A stretch of 64,000 nucleotides of DNA from positions 94,488,001-94,552,000 of the forward strand of contig OX597815.1 in assembly GCA_951406725.2 (NCBI GenBank). Direction: 5' to 3'. The notes under the pieces were generated by a model. The model saw only the letters and a program-made list of their open reading frames with translations, made no database searches and had not been told where the DNA came from. Position 1 is the stretch's first letter. Every line of letters starts with the position of its first letter. This DNA is from Octopus vulgaris. Taxonomy: Eukaryota. Positions 15,642 to 29,462 of the stretch are shown piece after piece. A program made the position numbers and the translations under genes.

Positions 15642-15917
15642 ACACACACACATACACACACACACATGCACACACACATGCGCGGGCGCACATACGCACA
15701 TAAAACGAACCAGAATGTAACTAGAAAAGTGACACACTTTTTTTATTCAGCCACAAACAGTCGATGTTGTAAATCTTTGTACATAGAAATCATGAATATC
15801 TACTGTAGAAAAATAACACACAGAAAGACAGTTATAACGCATATTGTTTGTAACTACAGAACATAAGCTTTTCAGTTCTTCTTCGTACATTATTCCGGAT
15901 CATAACACTAATTCTAT

Positions 15918-16055
15918 GATGGAATTTATAAATATTTAATACATCGCTACGCGCGTTTCCACAAATAGCATGATTTTGACATCAGAGTTGGTATCCTTTG
16001 GATTTGTACAGTGAAAACAGGCTATGCAATGTATTAAATATTTATAAATTCCATC
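15918..16055. repeat. 30-bp inverted repeat with 78-bp spacer (mini fold-back or MITE)
   Basis: GATGGAATTTATAAATATTTAATACATCGC (15918-15947) versus GCAATGTATTAAATATTTATAAATTCCATC (16026-16055), one mismatch. Confidence 0.8.
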
Positions 16056-16261
16056 CTATAATTGTTGCTATTTTCATAGTCATCCTACATTGTATCAGCA
16101 TAACCATGATATAACCCCGAAAAACTGACATGTGAGGAAGTAAGGTAAAATAATAAAATAAAATAAAATAATAGAGAGAAACAGAAGGTATTCGTGTTAG
16201 GATAGCGGTAGAGCTTAGAGAAGATAATGAATCTATGTGGTATTATAATTGTAAAGATTGT

Positions 16262-16388
16262 GAAGTTCTAACGAGGTCATCGAGCCCAGGCTGATTAAAA
16301 ACTTGTGTCATTGATGAGGTCTCTTCAAACTCACCGGCATCATGACTACAATTTGCAGGTGAAGAAAAGGTTTCATCTTCGGGGAGCT
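16262..16388 (-). repeat. Second short copy of the transposase segment at ~14275-14400
   Basis: Shared GAGCCC.GGCTGATTAAAAA.TTGTG.CA.TGATGAGG.CTCTTCAAACTCACCGGCATCATG. Confidence 0.8.
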
Positions 16389-16650
16389 ATAAGTTTACAA
16401 TTTTATAATTGTAAACTTATAGAATTAATTACTATTACAATAGGGATTATTCTGGTGAAGGTAGAGATGAAGAGATAGAAATACAGGGTATATTGTCATA
16501 AGACATATTTGAATGCACCTACATTACAAATACTAATAGGTATATGGATTAAGAGTAACGGATAAATTCTTAAAAATAAGTACTTAAAAATAAATGCTTA
16601 GAAATATATGGAGTAACATCGCAAGGATGTTAGATTCCTAGCATTATGGT

Positions 16651-16794
16651 CTCTCTGATGAAGCTTTGGGGCTCAATTATTGTCCAAACCCTGTCCAATG
16701 TTTGTTCAACCTTTGTACAATCCCTGTATATTACTGCAATGATGTGGAAATCTTGGCAAATTAGACAGCCTCATAGTAGAAACCGCTGTTAGAG
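16651..16794 (+). ncRNA. Type I hammerhead-like fold with long stem II insert
   Basis: CTCT-CTGATGA-a-GCTTTGGGGCT...AGCCTCATAGT-a-GAAA-CCGCTG-TT-AGAG. Stem I is CTCT/AGAG; stem II pairs at 10 of 11 positions. Confidence 0.55.
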
Positions 16795-17165
16795 TTTAGT
16801 ATTTTTTCACTCATTTATTCTTATTCATTTATTTATTTTTATTTATCTGTATATTTACTTGTTTATTTGTTTATTTTATTTATTTTGATTACTTGTACAT
16901 ATGATTGTAATTAATTAATAAATACATCCAAATGAATGTTTACAGGCTGATGTTTGTTGATTGATTATCCTCTCCATTTTCTTATTTGCCTTATAAATTC
17001 TGGGTAAAATTCTTTTTTACCCTCATTCATACTTATTATTCAATTGAGATACTGCTCTCCAATAGCAAGCACTTGGATATAAATACATAGGTATACATCC
17101 ATTAGCATATTGGATATTTATTATCCTTTAGATGGTTGCTTAATCTCTAATTCATGTAGACATCC

Positions 17166-17247
<82 letters not shown>

Positions 17248-17420
17248 ATATGTATATGTATATATATATATTTATATATATATATGAGCAGCTGGGTGCA
17301 ATGTAAACCGTATAGGCAAAATTTATGGAAGCAATGGAGGCAAACCGTTGACAATTCCCATTAGGACGAAACTGTACAGTCCAGTGTTCTCGTAGCACAT
17401 CACAATTAGTGACGACTATT

Positions 17421-17478
<58 letters not shown>

Positions 17479-17736
17479 CATACATACATGCATACTTACA
17501 TACATACATACATATATGTATATAGGTATGTATGTATGTGTATATATATATATATAAAATTAAAATAATGAGGGCGATAAATTGAATATTGATTTAATTA
17601 GCATAAATTTAAAACCAGTAGCCTAGCATATAACCTCAATGTAATAATATCCCCAATGTAATCGGTAGAACTGTACCCACGTCGAATTTATGAGGACAAT
17701 CCATATATAGTTCTGTAAGTTATATTGAATTAGAAC

Positions 17737-17806
17737 GGTCGTACTGAAGAGTCCACGGACGGTGTTACGTACGTAAAATCGTTAATGGCGAAATCGCTCT
17801 ACGATT
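17737..17806 (+). ncRNA. Degenerate type I hammerhead-like fold
   Basis: GGTCGTA-CTGAAGA-GTCCA...TGGC-GAAA-TCGC-TC-TACGATT. Stem I is 7 bp with wobbles; stem III is mismatched. Confidence 0.5.
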
Positions 17807-17965
17807 AATTCTTTATTTTGTATAGTTTCATCTGTCTTACCCGCTTATGCTCTGGTGTTTGCTGAATTTTTCTAGAGAACATTATTTTCTTTGTGGTTAG
17901 ATCGTAGGTGATCTACTTCTAGCATATTGAATGTCCACTTAGTGGTCATCCCCACTTATAGCATA

Positions 17966-18050
<85 letters not shown>

Positions 18051-18069
18051 ATAATTATTTATTTTATTC

Positions 18070-18257
18070 CTTTTATTCTTCTACCTGTTTCAGTCATTTG
18101 ACTGCGGGCATACTGGAGCACCACCTTCAATGGATTTTTAGTCGCAGAAATCGAACCCAGTTTCAGGGACGTAAACAGACTAGTATCGGTTGTCAAGTGA
18201 TGGTAGTGGTGAGAGTGATAAACACAGACATAACTACACACGTAACTACACACATAA

Positions 18258-18313
<56 letters not shown>

Positions 18314-18495
18314 AGACATACATACATACATACATACATACAACGAGCTTCTTTTAGGTTCCACCTTCCAAATCCCCTTACAAAGCTTTGGTCAGCCAGA
18401 AGGTATGGTAGAAGAAACCTGCCACGCAGAGGGACTGAACCCGGAACCATGTGGTTGGGAATCAAGCTTCTTATCACACAACCTCGCCTGCGCAT
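18070..18495 (-). mobile_element. SINE family A copy
   Basis: Reverse-complement homology to 9258-9670. Confidence 0.8.
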
Positions 18496-18504
18496 ATATG
18501 TGTG

Positions 18505-18549
<45 letters not shown>

Positions 18550-18922
18550 ATCCTTTTACTCTTTTACTTGTTTAGGTCATTTGAAGTCTTGAAGGATTTT
18601 GGTCGAACAAATCATCCTCAGGACTTATTTTTTAAGCCTAGTACTTATCATATCGGTATGTTTTGCCGAACCGCTAATTTACAGAGATGTAAACACACCG
18701 GCATCGGTTGTCCAGCGGTGATAGGGAGACAAAGACAGACACAAAGACACACATAAATATATACATATATACATACATACATATATGGTGGGCTTCTTTC
18801 AATTTCCGTCTACCAAATCTACACACAAGGCTTTTGGTCGGCTCGTTGCTAGAGTAAAAGACACCAGTCCAAGGTGCAATGCAGGGAGACTGAACCAGGA
18901 ATCATGTGGCTGGGAAGCAAGT
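18550..18922 (-). mobile_element. SINE family A copy
   Basis: Reverse-complement homology to 9258-9670. Confidence 0.75.
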
Positions 18923-19044
18923 GTTCAAGACATGTACAAACTATGTTTCTTTTTAATTAAGTCTGTAGCAGAGTGTTTGTCTCCCGACTTGAGTTTCATG
19001 CAGTCGCGATCTTCAGGCGAAGCCAGTTATCCGATGCTTAATTA

Positions 19045-19418
19045 AAATGGGACTTAGATGACAGAATCAAAATGATTATGACGTGCATTAAAACGCTTCT
19101 GCTTTTCGTAATTGCGTTCCTAGTGATCGAACTGTATTCATTTTGGTCCGTCTCTGATGGAAATGTGTGTACAGTTAGCATTGCAGGTATGTATGTAAAT
19201 ATACATATATATATATCTTTCTAGAGAGAGAGAGAGGGGGGGAGAGAGAAAGAGAGGGGGAGAGAGAAAGAGAGAGAGATAGGGAGAGGCGAGGGAGAGG
19301 AAGAGAGAGAAAATGGAAGACAAATAGGAATTTGTATATTAGACCGTTTTTGCGTAAGGCAAGAATAATTTTAACGGCTGTCATAAGCATTTTGATTCTG
19401 TTAACTAAGTCCAATTTT
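19045..19418. mobile_element. Fold-back/MITE-like element with ~65-bp imperfect terminal inverted repeats
   Basis: AAAATGGGACTTAGATGACAGAATCAAAATGATTATGAC at the left versus GTCATAAGCATTTTGATTCTGTTAACTAAGTCCAATTTT at the right. Its interior is partly repeated at ~19785-20050. Confidence 0.65.
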
Positions 19419-19830
19419 AGCGTACTAACTAGATTTAAGTATCAGATATTTAGTTTATCAATACATCCTATCGAGATATTATGTTTTTAATTGTACTGTG
19501 ATTTCTCAATAAAATTTTAACACAGAGTATTTCTTGTTGCCCGAAGAAAATTTTTTTACACAAACACACACGCACACGCACACACACGCACTCACACACA
19601 CACACGCACACACATGCATCCACCCCCACATATATATATATCTGTCTGTGTGTGTATGCATGTGTGTGTGAATGCGTGTGTTTGTGTGTCTATGAGCATG
19701 TGTATGAGTGTGCATGCATCCTCTTTTAATAAAACGTCGTCAAAATCATAATGCACGAATCAATGTTGTTGAAATAACTTCTAGAACGTTAGCAATTATA
19801 GGGTATATGCTATACACACACATATGTATA

Positions 19831-19866
<36 letters not shown>

Positions 19867-19926
19867 TGTATACATATATGTATGTATTTATGTAGGTATG
19901 TATGTATGTAAATATATATATCTTTC

Positions 19927-20001
<75 letters not shown>

Positions 20002-20317
20002 GGAGTTGAAAGAGAGAGAAAATGGGAGACAAATATGAATTTGTATATTTATTATTGTAAATAACTAACTGCCCGAAGGGGCTTCTATTAAAAAAAACTT
20101 CCCCTGAATCCTATCGAAAACAAAAAACAAAACTTTTTATTTATCATTTTTATCACCTATCTCCCATTACAAATACATATACATGTGCGTATGTGTGTGT
20201 ATGCGTATATATATGCATGTATGTGTATGAATGAGTATTTGTGTGTTTGTGTATGCATGTCTGTGATTGTGTGTATGTGTACGCGTATCATACATATTTA
20301 ATACGAATATGTACATT

Positions 20318-20402
<85 letters not shown>

Positions 20403-20750
20403 GCATATACTGATATCTTGATGACCAACTTCCGTGTTAACCGCATTTCTAGTTGCCCAAGGCTGCGAAAGAAAAGAAAGATATATTTATGTAGAAAAAA
20501 CCCCCCAAAAAACAAAGATAAAACGTCCCTTCTAAATATGAGCAGAACTGCAAATTAGTTGAACTTAGAGGTTAAATATTTCTTATTCTCAGTCATTTAC
20601 CAATTCTAACGTTTCCTCTACCATTTCCTTTCCTTCTCCTTCCAACCGCTTTCTCTGATAAGCGTTTGCTATTCGGTCGATATTATGTGAGAGTCATAAA
20701 TTTTTCTCCTGAATTTTTATTTTCAGTCATTCTTCCATTTTTCTTTCTTT

Positions 20751-20781
<31 letters not shown>

Positions 20782-21343
20782 ATTCACTCATTCATTCATT
20801 CATTCATCTATTCATTCATTCTTTCATTCAATCATTCTATTTTTCTTTTTCTTCGTTTTCAATGTTAATCCTTCTTTCTTTCGTTCTTTTTCCTTGCATT
20901 TTATTTTCCTCCCTCCCTCCCTTCCTTCCTTCCTTCCTTCCTTCCTTCCTTCCTTCCTTCCTTCCTTCCTTCGTTTCTGTCTTTAACTTCTTTCTTTCAC
21001 ATTAATATTTTTAGTTTTCCCTTTTTTGTCATTCATTCATTCGGTCTTTCTTTTTTTTCTTTCTTTCTTTCCTCCTTCCTTTCTCCTCTTCATTCGTTCA
21101 ATCATTCCTTCGTTCGAACCATTCCTCAGTAATGACGACATTATTTAAGTATCCTTAATATTGAAAACAGTCTTAATCATCACCAATTTTCAATACATTG
21201 ATTACGAATATTTTCTGAGATTTTAAACACCAATTTTCTGTGTAACAAAATACAAAAACACAAAAAACCAAAACGAAGCAAAAACCCTTAAATCATTTCT
21301 CAGTGACAAAAAAATCAGATCCACCTCCTACTACTCTTCCTCT

Positions 21344-21525
21344 CATCATCATCATCATCATCATCTTCTTCTTCTTCTTCTTCTTCTTCTTCTTCTTCTT
21401 CTTCTTCTTCTTCTTCTTCTTCTTCTTCTTCTTCTTCTTCTTCTTCTTCTTCTTCTTCTTCTTCTTCTTCTTCTTCTTCTTCTTCTTCTTCTTCTTCTTC
21501 TTCTTCTTCTTCTTCTTCTTCTTCT
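21344..21525. repeat. (CAT)n-(CTT)n microsatellite
   Basis: Read directly. Confidence 0.95.
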
Positions 21526-21720
21526 GCTATTCCTTCTGCTTCCTCCGCCTGCTTGGTAGAATTTTCGCTATTTCTCACTGTCGACACCAATGTTTAAAGA
21601 TATATATATTCATTTTTCTTTATTTATTAGGGTTGATTTTCTGAATAATCAATATGCACACATACACAAACACAAACAGGCATATGAACACACACATACA
21701 CAAACACAAACAGGCATACG

Positions 21721-21757
<37 letters not shown>

Positions 21758-22104
21758 AAACACCAATACACACACTCGCGCATGCGCTCACACATAAAAT
21801 AAATGCTATAATTTTTTTCTTCATTTTGTGAAATATTTTCAAACAACAACAATAACAACAAACATATTTTGCTCCAAAACTTCATAATAAAACAGCGTAA
21901 AATTTTATGAATAAATGAATAAAAATAATTTAATTTCTAGACTAAAATATTCAGATAAATAAAAAGAATAGAAATACAAATAATATAAATTAATAAAATA
22001 AAAATTAAAAGAAAATCAGAAAATAAATTTATTTATTTTGTGAAAGGAAATGTAGGGGAAGGAAATGTAAAAGGATCGAAATAAAAAGAGAAATAGAAGT
22101 GAAC

Positions 22105-22166
<62 letters not shown>

Positions 22167-22811
22167 ACGAATAAGAGAGGACAGAGTGGGGACGAGTTGC
22201 TGAGGATGAAGTTGAAGAAGAAAGCATAAAAGCAAGAAGATAAATTCGGAGAGATAGAAGATTGGATGTAGTGAGGAAGATGGAGAGTCATGTACAAATA
22301 ACGACTATTTGGCTATGTATGTATTTATGTATGCATGTAAGTAGGTATATAAGTATCTATATATATGTACGTATTTATATGTGCATGTATTTCCATATAT
22401 GCATATGTACCCACGCATCTGCGTTTGTGTTTGTGCATTTCTATGTATATACATGTATGTTTGTAAATACACAGACATGTATGCAAAAATATGTATACGT
22501 TTGATACGTGTATGCGTAGTCTTTATGTATATTTGTGTGTACAGATGTGCGTGCGTGCGTGCGTGTGTGTGTGTGTGTGTGTGTGTGTATTTGTGCATGG
22601 GAAAGAGTGTCTCTGTGACTGTGTATGTGTATATGTGTGCACGTGAGAGTGTTCTCATTGGGTGGATGGGAGGACAATGGTAACGTATGTTAAGACGAAA
22701 ATAAAGAAAAAAATTAGTTCAGACGATTCTCGAAATTTTCTTATTCCTGCTTTTTCATATTTTCTCTTTTCCTCTCACTGACCCTCTCTCTACCCCTCTG
22801 CCTTTCTCTCG

Positions 22812-22881
<70 letters not shown>

Positions 22882-22967
22882 CTATATATATTCATTCACA
22901 CACCTACATATATGCATATGAATACGCGCATTACATTAATACATATTTTAATATATTATTGTAATAT

Positions 22968-23038
<71 letters not shown>

Positions 23039-23085
23039 CATATATATATATGTATGTATGTATGTAATATATATATATATGTATG

Positions 23086-23119
<34 letters not shown>

Positions 23120-24070
23120 AGTGTATAACTATATAACTATATCTATAGTTAATCTTCTCTTCTTCTCTGTGTATGTGTACACACTCACGCCAACACACAC
23201 ACACACACACACATACATACATACATATATACATACATACATACATACATGATGTTCATGCACCAATCCAAGGCAAGCAATACATACCTAAGATATAAAT
23301 ATTAAGCAAATAACAACTTTAAATTTAATATAAATCTTTTCATTTTGTGAGAGACAGTCTGAGAGGGAGGCACACACATGCTATACGTACCATACTTTAA
23401 TAATAAGGTTTTGATTTTTAAAATTGTATGCTTTGACTTACGTAGCAGGAAACGCCAGTGATATACATATACATACATACATATAAACGTACTTATATAT
23501 ACAGATAAATATGTGGAGGTGTGTTGCTCAGTGGTTAAGCAGTTGAGTTTACGATTATGAGATTGTGCGTTCGATTTCTGGGCTGGGTAACGTGTGTCTT
23601 GAATAAGCCACTTTCTTTTTTCTCGATTCACTCATTTCTTTGATATCCGCTGCGTGAAACGTGTGAGTACGGTTCACCAAAAGGTTTATATAGTCAGAAA
23701 AAAAAATCAAAAATTAAAAATCTAATCTTGTTGAGTGCGTCAATGTCGCATATCCCACCAGTTTGATAAATTGTGACTTGTGAAATGAATACTATATTGA
23801 ATAAGTGTAAGGGTCGATATGTTCAACAGAAACTAGTATGGTCGCAGCCCAATGAGTGAAGTGAGTGAAAGAATACACCAACGAAATAATCACACACATG
23901 TATACATATAAATGCAGTTATATACACACGCACAGAAAATTTATATGTCTGACAACACATACTCTTTCTCCTCTATTTTAAAGGGTGAGCATGAGTATAT
24001 AAGAGAGTGGAAGTAAGAAGTTGAAATATATATATATATGTCTGTATATGTATATATATATATATATATG

Positions 24071-24126
<56 letters not shown>

Positions 24127-24129
24127 TAT

Positions 24130-24253
24130 ATACCGTTAGGGCACAGAAAGTGTGCCTATAGCCAGCTGGAGACGATGCTCTCCTGGGGCTACACGCTACA
24201 GTAACACCCACCCTTAGTGGTTAGCCATATTGAAATGGCAAATATACCTCACA
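24130..24253 (+). repeat. 5' terminal direct repeat (124 bp)
   Basis: ATACCGTTAGGGCACAGAAAGTGTGCC...GGCAAATATACCTCACA; matches 29820-29943 with 2 substitutions (CACGCT/CAAGCT, TGAAAT/TGAGAT). Confidence 0.95.
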
Positions 24254-24626
24254 TTGTCGTGCAGTTACTGTTTATACCTCGTTCAGAGATTTATTATTGC
24301 TTGTATACACTTTTTCGAGATCAGTGACGAATAGTTACTGGAAAAAGGATATTATTATTTGCATTGGGAACTCCTTTCATCGAAAACCGGTGTTTTGTCA
24401 CTCGTCTAGGGACCCCTCTTTCATCTGCGTATTGAGAAGTTAGCTGCCTATTTTGTTGAGTGAGTTCGTTTTTTGTTCGTCGTTGTTTGTGTTTGCTCGT
24501 GAATTTGAACAGTTGTCCGTTGTGTGACAGTAATTTTCGCCCTACGGGGCTGAAAATTCTGTGTATAAACATTGTTATTACCTTCGGGGTAATTTTTTTG
24601 AAAAATTGGTTCTCATAATTTGAGAA

Positions 24627-26060
24627 ATGGAGTTCGACTTGGCGTCGAGGAGCGACTTTCCCGTGATGGGAAAAGGCGAACAGAAGGATATCGAGGTTAG
24701 AAAACAGTCTTTTTCGGCCGCAGTGGGCGGAACCGTAACGGAAGTGGAGTTCAAAATAGAACAGTTGTTCGAATACCGGAACTTGGTCAAAAAGGAAGGC
24801 AACGAAATAAAACTGGTACCGCCGCAAGCGATATTACAGGAAATAAAGGCCAAGACAGTCGTGTACAAGGTTTACAGTAACAAAGAGAAAAAAAATAATG
24901 GACGTGAAGAACGAAATAGTAGAGAAGTGCTTGTCCCCGGTGTGGAGCAAAATTCGCTACCTCGGTCGAGGTGCTCGCAGCGCTACCGTTGAAGCACATT
25001 TCGACTCGCCTGACGTGGCAAGAGAGATTTCATCAATGACCTTAAAAAATGAGGACATTATGTTACTACCTACCTATATGGGCAAAAGAACTGCGAAACT
25101 ATATGTGGAAGACATACCAAGAGGATATGATATAATGTGGGTAGCAGCGGCGGTTCTGCACGACGTAGAGCAGAAAGTCTAAATTCTGCAGATGAAAAGG
25201 AAAGAGGAGGTAAACTGGAAGGGACAAGCGCTCGAATTCCTCGTTCAAGCAGAAATTAATGTGCTAGAAAACTTACCCGATAGGTATTTATTGAGGATGG
25301 AATTTCAATGAGAGTGTTAGTGGAGGGGCGCAGACCTAGGTGTTTCAAATGTGGTGAAAAGGGTCACGTCCGCTCGAACTGCATAAAAAAAAAGAAAAAC
25401 AGCGAAGCCCCTCCTCAAAGTGCTTCAAACACAGAAAAAGAGAAGGCGGAAAAAGACCCCAAGACTGCGACAAGGAAGGGAATCGAAACGGAAGATAAAA
25501 ATGAACAAATGGAATTTACACAGGTGACACATAAAAGAAAAAAAGAAAATACCCTGGACTCCCCAAACAAAGAAAAAATCAGCAAACACCGCAGAGATAC
25601 ATACAAAACAAATTCCCCAGCCCTACCCCCACGGCACTGTATTCATTGGAACACAGTTCGCCAAGCCCCACCCCATAAAACAAGATCTGAAAAAATTGAT
25701 AAAAAAAAAAATGAAAAGATTGTAGCATTCGACGAGAGGAACGATAGAGTGTTTAAGTATTTTAAATTTTCAAAACTGAAATTATTCAGTAAGTCTGCAG
25801 ACACTAAGTCAACCACTCGTTTTGCAAAACTAAAGGAAGACGAGTGGAAGGAAAAAACACTCCAAGAACATTTAAAAAATAACCTTATCAGAGACGTAAC
25901 TAACGAAATACTGGAGGGCAAACTTACTATAACCCCGGCAACCACACCTACCCAGAGCGCGATGGCAACGCCCGTTAAGAGCCCTGCAGCTACGACCACA
26001 AGGGAGGAAGAAGGGGAAGCATGCAGATTTAAACTGTCATGCTCCCTGTCCCAACAGTAA
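24627..26060 (+). pseudogene. ORF1 (gag-like nucleic-acid-binding protein with zinc knuckle), disrupted
   Basis: ORFs 24627..24992, 24898..25182 and 25308..26060 can be joined by a frameshift in an A-run (~24890), a stop (25180) and a frameshift (~25290). EGRRPRCFKCGEKGHVRSNC is CX2CX4HX4C. Confidence 0.8.
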
Positions 26061-26089
26061 GTTTATTTATTTTTTTTCTCTCTCCGACA

Positions 26090-29000
26090 ATGGCAAAGCT
26101 GGGTTGTGTGAATGTGCGTGGAATGGGGTCGAAATGGAAAAAAAATTGTCTCCTGAACGACCTCACGACACACGGAGTGGACGTAGCTATTGTAACCGAG
26201 TCCAAGATGAACGGGGCCCAAGCGTTCTCGCCTCTTCTAAATGGTTTCGAGAAATTTATTTCTCCTAGCCGAGGAGGAGGAAGGGGCTTGGCAGTCCTTA
26301 TCAGGAAGAGCTTGGACTTGCAGGTAAGTACTGTCTTTCTGGACCCAGAAGGCAGGCTGGTCGTTCTGGATGTGACCCACGTAAGTAAACAGTCCTTCAG
26401 GTCGGTAGCTGTCTACGCTCCGAATGAGTGTAGGCAGTCGGGTTTTTTTCGGAATCTGGAGCACTTTTTAGTGACGTCGAAAACGGTAGTCTTAGTAGGG
26501 GACTTTAACACTGTCCTCGAAGCGCGGGTCGACAGTGTTGGCTCAACCAATAGGAAGGGGAACCCTAGCCTCAAGGGTCTTCTAGAGAGCTTTAATCTAG
26601 TAGACCGTTATCGACTGGATGAGCCGAGCGTTCCACAGTGGACGTGGAGTAACAACGACGGCTCACTCAGATCGTATATAGATAGGATATTCGTTAGAAA
26701 AAGAGATAAGGATACGTTTAGTTGTCCACAGTTTCACATTGTGCCTTACACGGATCACAAATTTGTGACTTGTAGGGTGCAATTAGATAAGTGCCATAGA
26801 CAGGGACCCGGGTACTGGAAGCTGAACAAGTCTATTTTGAATTGTGAAGGCTTCCGTATCCGGATTAAGGTGTTAGTACAGAGGGCATTATGTGGCACCA
26901 TCATTAACAATAGATGGTGGCACTCCCTCAAAAGAGCCATTCGTTCAGAGTCCATTAGATTTAGTAATCAGCTAAGGTTAGATAGGTCTAGGATAGAGGA
27001 CGATTTAGTTAAGAATCTAAACGAGGCAATGGAATCTGGCTCTGCATCCGGAGTGATGGCGGCAAGGACGGTATTGTACCGTCACCTTAACTCCAAACAC
27101 GAAGGTTGCAGAGTTAGAGCTAAGCTACGCGCAGGGAAACGAGAAGGTATTAACGTTGCCGGATGGGCCCGTCGAGTGGAGAGTCAGAGAGGTAACAAAG
27201 CTTCAATCAAGTCTTTAACTGACGAACAAGGACACAAGATCTATGGACAGGAGGAGATGCAAAAGTTTCTTCACTAGCATTTCGCCCGCAAGTTCGGGGT
27301 GGGTGGGTCGCTGGAGCGGGGGAATGCCTTAAAGGGCTTCCTAGCCGGCGGACCGCGGCTCTCGGGGCGTGAGGGGGAGTGCTGTGAAGGAGCGACCACT
27401 CCCGCGGAGATAGAGGGGGTACTGGCCGGATGCGCCGGGGAGAAGTCGCCGGGGTTGGATGGTCTGCCCTACGAGTTTTATCAAAGTATGCCAGACTTGT
27501 TCGGGGGAATACTGGCAGGCGTCTACGCGAACTGGCAGCAGAACGGGAGAATTCCCAGCTCTGTAAGCCGGGGAGTGGTGACGCTAATCCAGAAAGACCC
27601 GAGCAAGGGGAATAACATTAGTAATTACAGGCCCATAACTCTACTCAATGTAGAGTTAAAGATTTTGGCCAAGGTGTTGGCAAAAAGGTTGACGACTGTC
27701 GTGGAGAAACTTGTAGGGAAAGCACAGACATGTGCAATTCCAGGCAGGTCGATCCAGGACAATCTTCACCTTAGATAGGGTGGGTAAATTAACCGGCAAG
27801 AGCGGGGTAATGGTCCATTTAGACCAAAGTAAAGCGTTCGATAGGGTAGACCATAAGTACCTGGCGACGGTCCTCGAAGCGGCTGGACTGGGCCCTGAAT
27901 TTCGCGGGTGGATCTCCGCTATGTATAGCGGCATCAAGTCCAACGTCCAGATAAACGGTTACCTAACGGAACCGTTTTCGATCGAATGTTCAGTTCGTCA
28001 AGGGTGCCCCTTGTCACCACTTTTGTACGTGTTGGCTCTCGAGCCATTGCTGCGAAAATTGGAGAGGCTGGGAAGTAACCCGGATGAGATCGGAGGCGAG
28101 AGGACGGTTTCTGCTTATGCGGATGACGTCACCCTCATCGTGTCCAACGAGGCTCAGCTACCTTGTGTAGAAGATGCTATCAGAGGATACGAGGCGGTGG
28201 CAGGAGCAAAAGTTAACAAGGACAAGTCGATTGGCTTACGCCTCGGCACCTGGAGGAGCAAGTCGATATCGTCCAGTGCCGTGGGACACTGGACAGATGG
28301 GTCCTGTTAAGTTGCTAGGAGTTTGGTTTGGGCCAGACTCCCAAACGGAGAGGAATTGGAGTGAGGTGACGGACAAGGTGGAGGCCATAGTACGGACCTG
28401 GTCCGGAAGGTTTCTGTCCTTGAAAGGAAGGGCGGAGGTGGTACAGATGTTCATTGCATCTGTAATCACTCACCGCCTGACCGTTGTCCCTTGCCCCGAT
28501 TCATGGCTTAGCAAGATGGAGCGAATCCTTTTCCGCTTTTTGTGGAAGGGAGGAAAGCCACTTGTGAGGCGCTCCGTTTGCTGCCAGGAACCGTTAAAGG
28601 GTGGGTTAGGAATTCCTTGGTTGATGATGCGCAGACATGCGTTGAGGCTGAAGCATCTCTGGCACCACCTGGTGATAAGGTGTGGAGTCCGCTGGCAGGG
28701 GAATTTTTCCCGAGACCGGCTTCCTTAGTGAATATTAAACCCGGTTGCATCAAAAGACGGAATCTGACTTTATGGCAAAAGGAGTGCCGACAGCCACTCA
28801 CGCTGATCCACAAGGCGGGCAAGGCCGGCTGCTAAAATACCACCTCGGTATTTTATAGCAGGCTGGTAGAGGCAAAGAACGACGACGTCCTAGGAGGGGT
28901 TCTGGGGTTCGACAAAGACCAGCTTACCAACCTGTTTAAAAAGACTTTCAGGACGGGGTATTTGGATAATTTCCAAAAATCCCTGGCCTGGCAGTGTTAT

Positions 29001-29462
29001 AGGAATGCTTTACCTGTTCGCGAGAAGTTATCGCGGCACGGAATTTCAGTGCCACCGACATGTCCAAGATGCGGGTTGGACGATGAAACCGTCCAGCACG
29101 CTTTTGTACACTGTCGGCAGTTGTCAGACTTGATAAGTTACGCAGAACACGTGTTATCGCATCTGAGACGAGTACAGCTGTCGGCTGAGTCTATGATTAA
29201 GATGATACCGCCAACTGGACTCTCGAAGGAAGGTGAGGCATGTTTTCACTGCACGGTTGCAGTAGTAAAAGAATGCATGTGGCGTACAAGAATGGAAGGA
29301 GTCGCAATAGGATCCTTTGTCTCAGGCCCCGGCTTGCTCACTTACTTCAGATATCATCTGAAGAGCAAAATGGGGCTGGAAAAGAAGACCTTACCACGAG
29401 GTGTGTATGAAAAAAGATGGAAGGAAGTGGCGAAAAAGGTGGATGTCAGAAACCCAGTTTAA
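26090..29462 (+). pseudogene. ORF2: APE endonuclease, reverse transcriptase and C-terminal zinc finger, with a few stops and frameshifts
   Basis: APE: NVRG, TESK, VYAPN, GDFN, IDRIF, TDH, PGYWKLN. RT: KSPGLDGLPYEFY, NYRPITLLN, LDQSKAFDRV, VRQGCPLSPLLY, AYADDV. C-terminus: CPRCGLDDETVQHAFVHC. Lesions at ~27275, ~27775, ~28300, ~28670 and ~28833. Confidence 0.93.

Noticed and set aside
24321-24827. Antisense ORF (ORF0-like) in the 5' region of the L1/Tx1 element
   Set aside because: No recognisable motif and it largely overlaps ORF1 antisense. It cannot be supported without conservation data.
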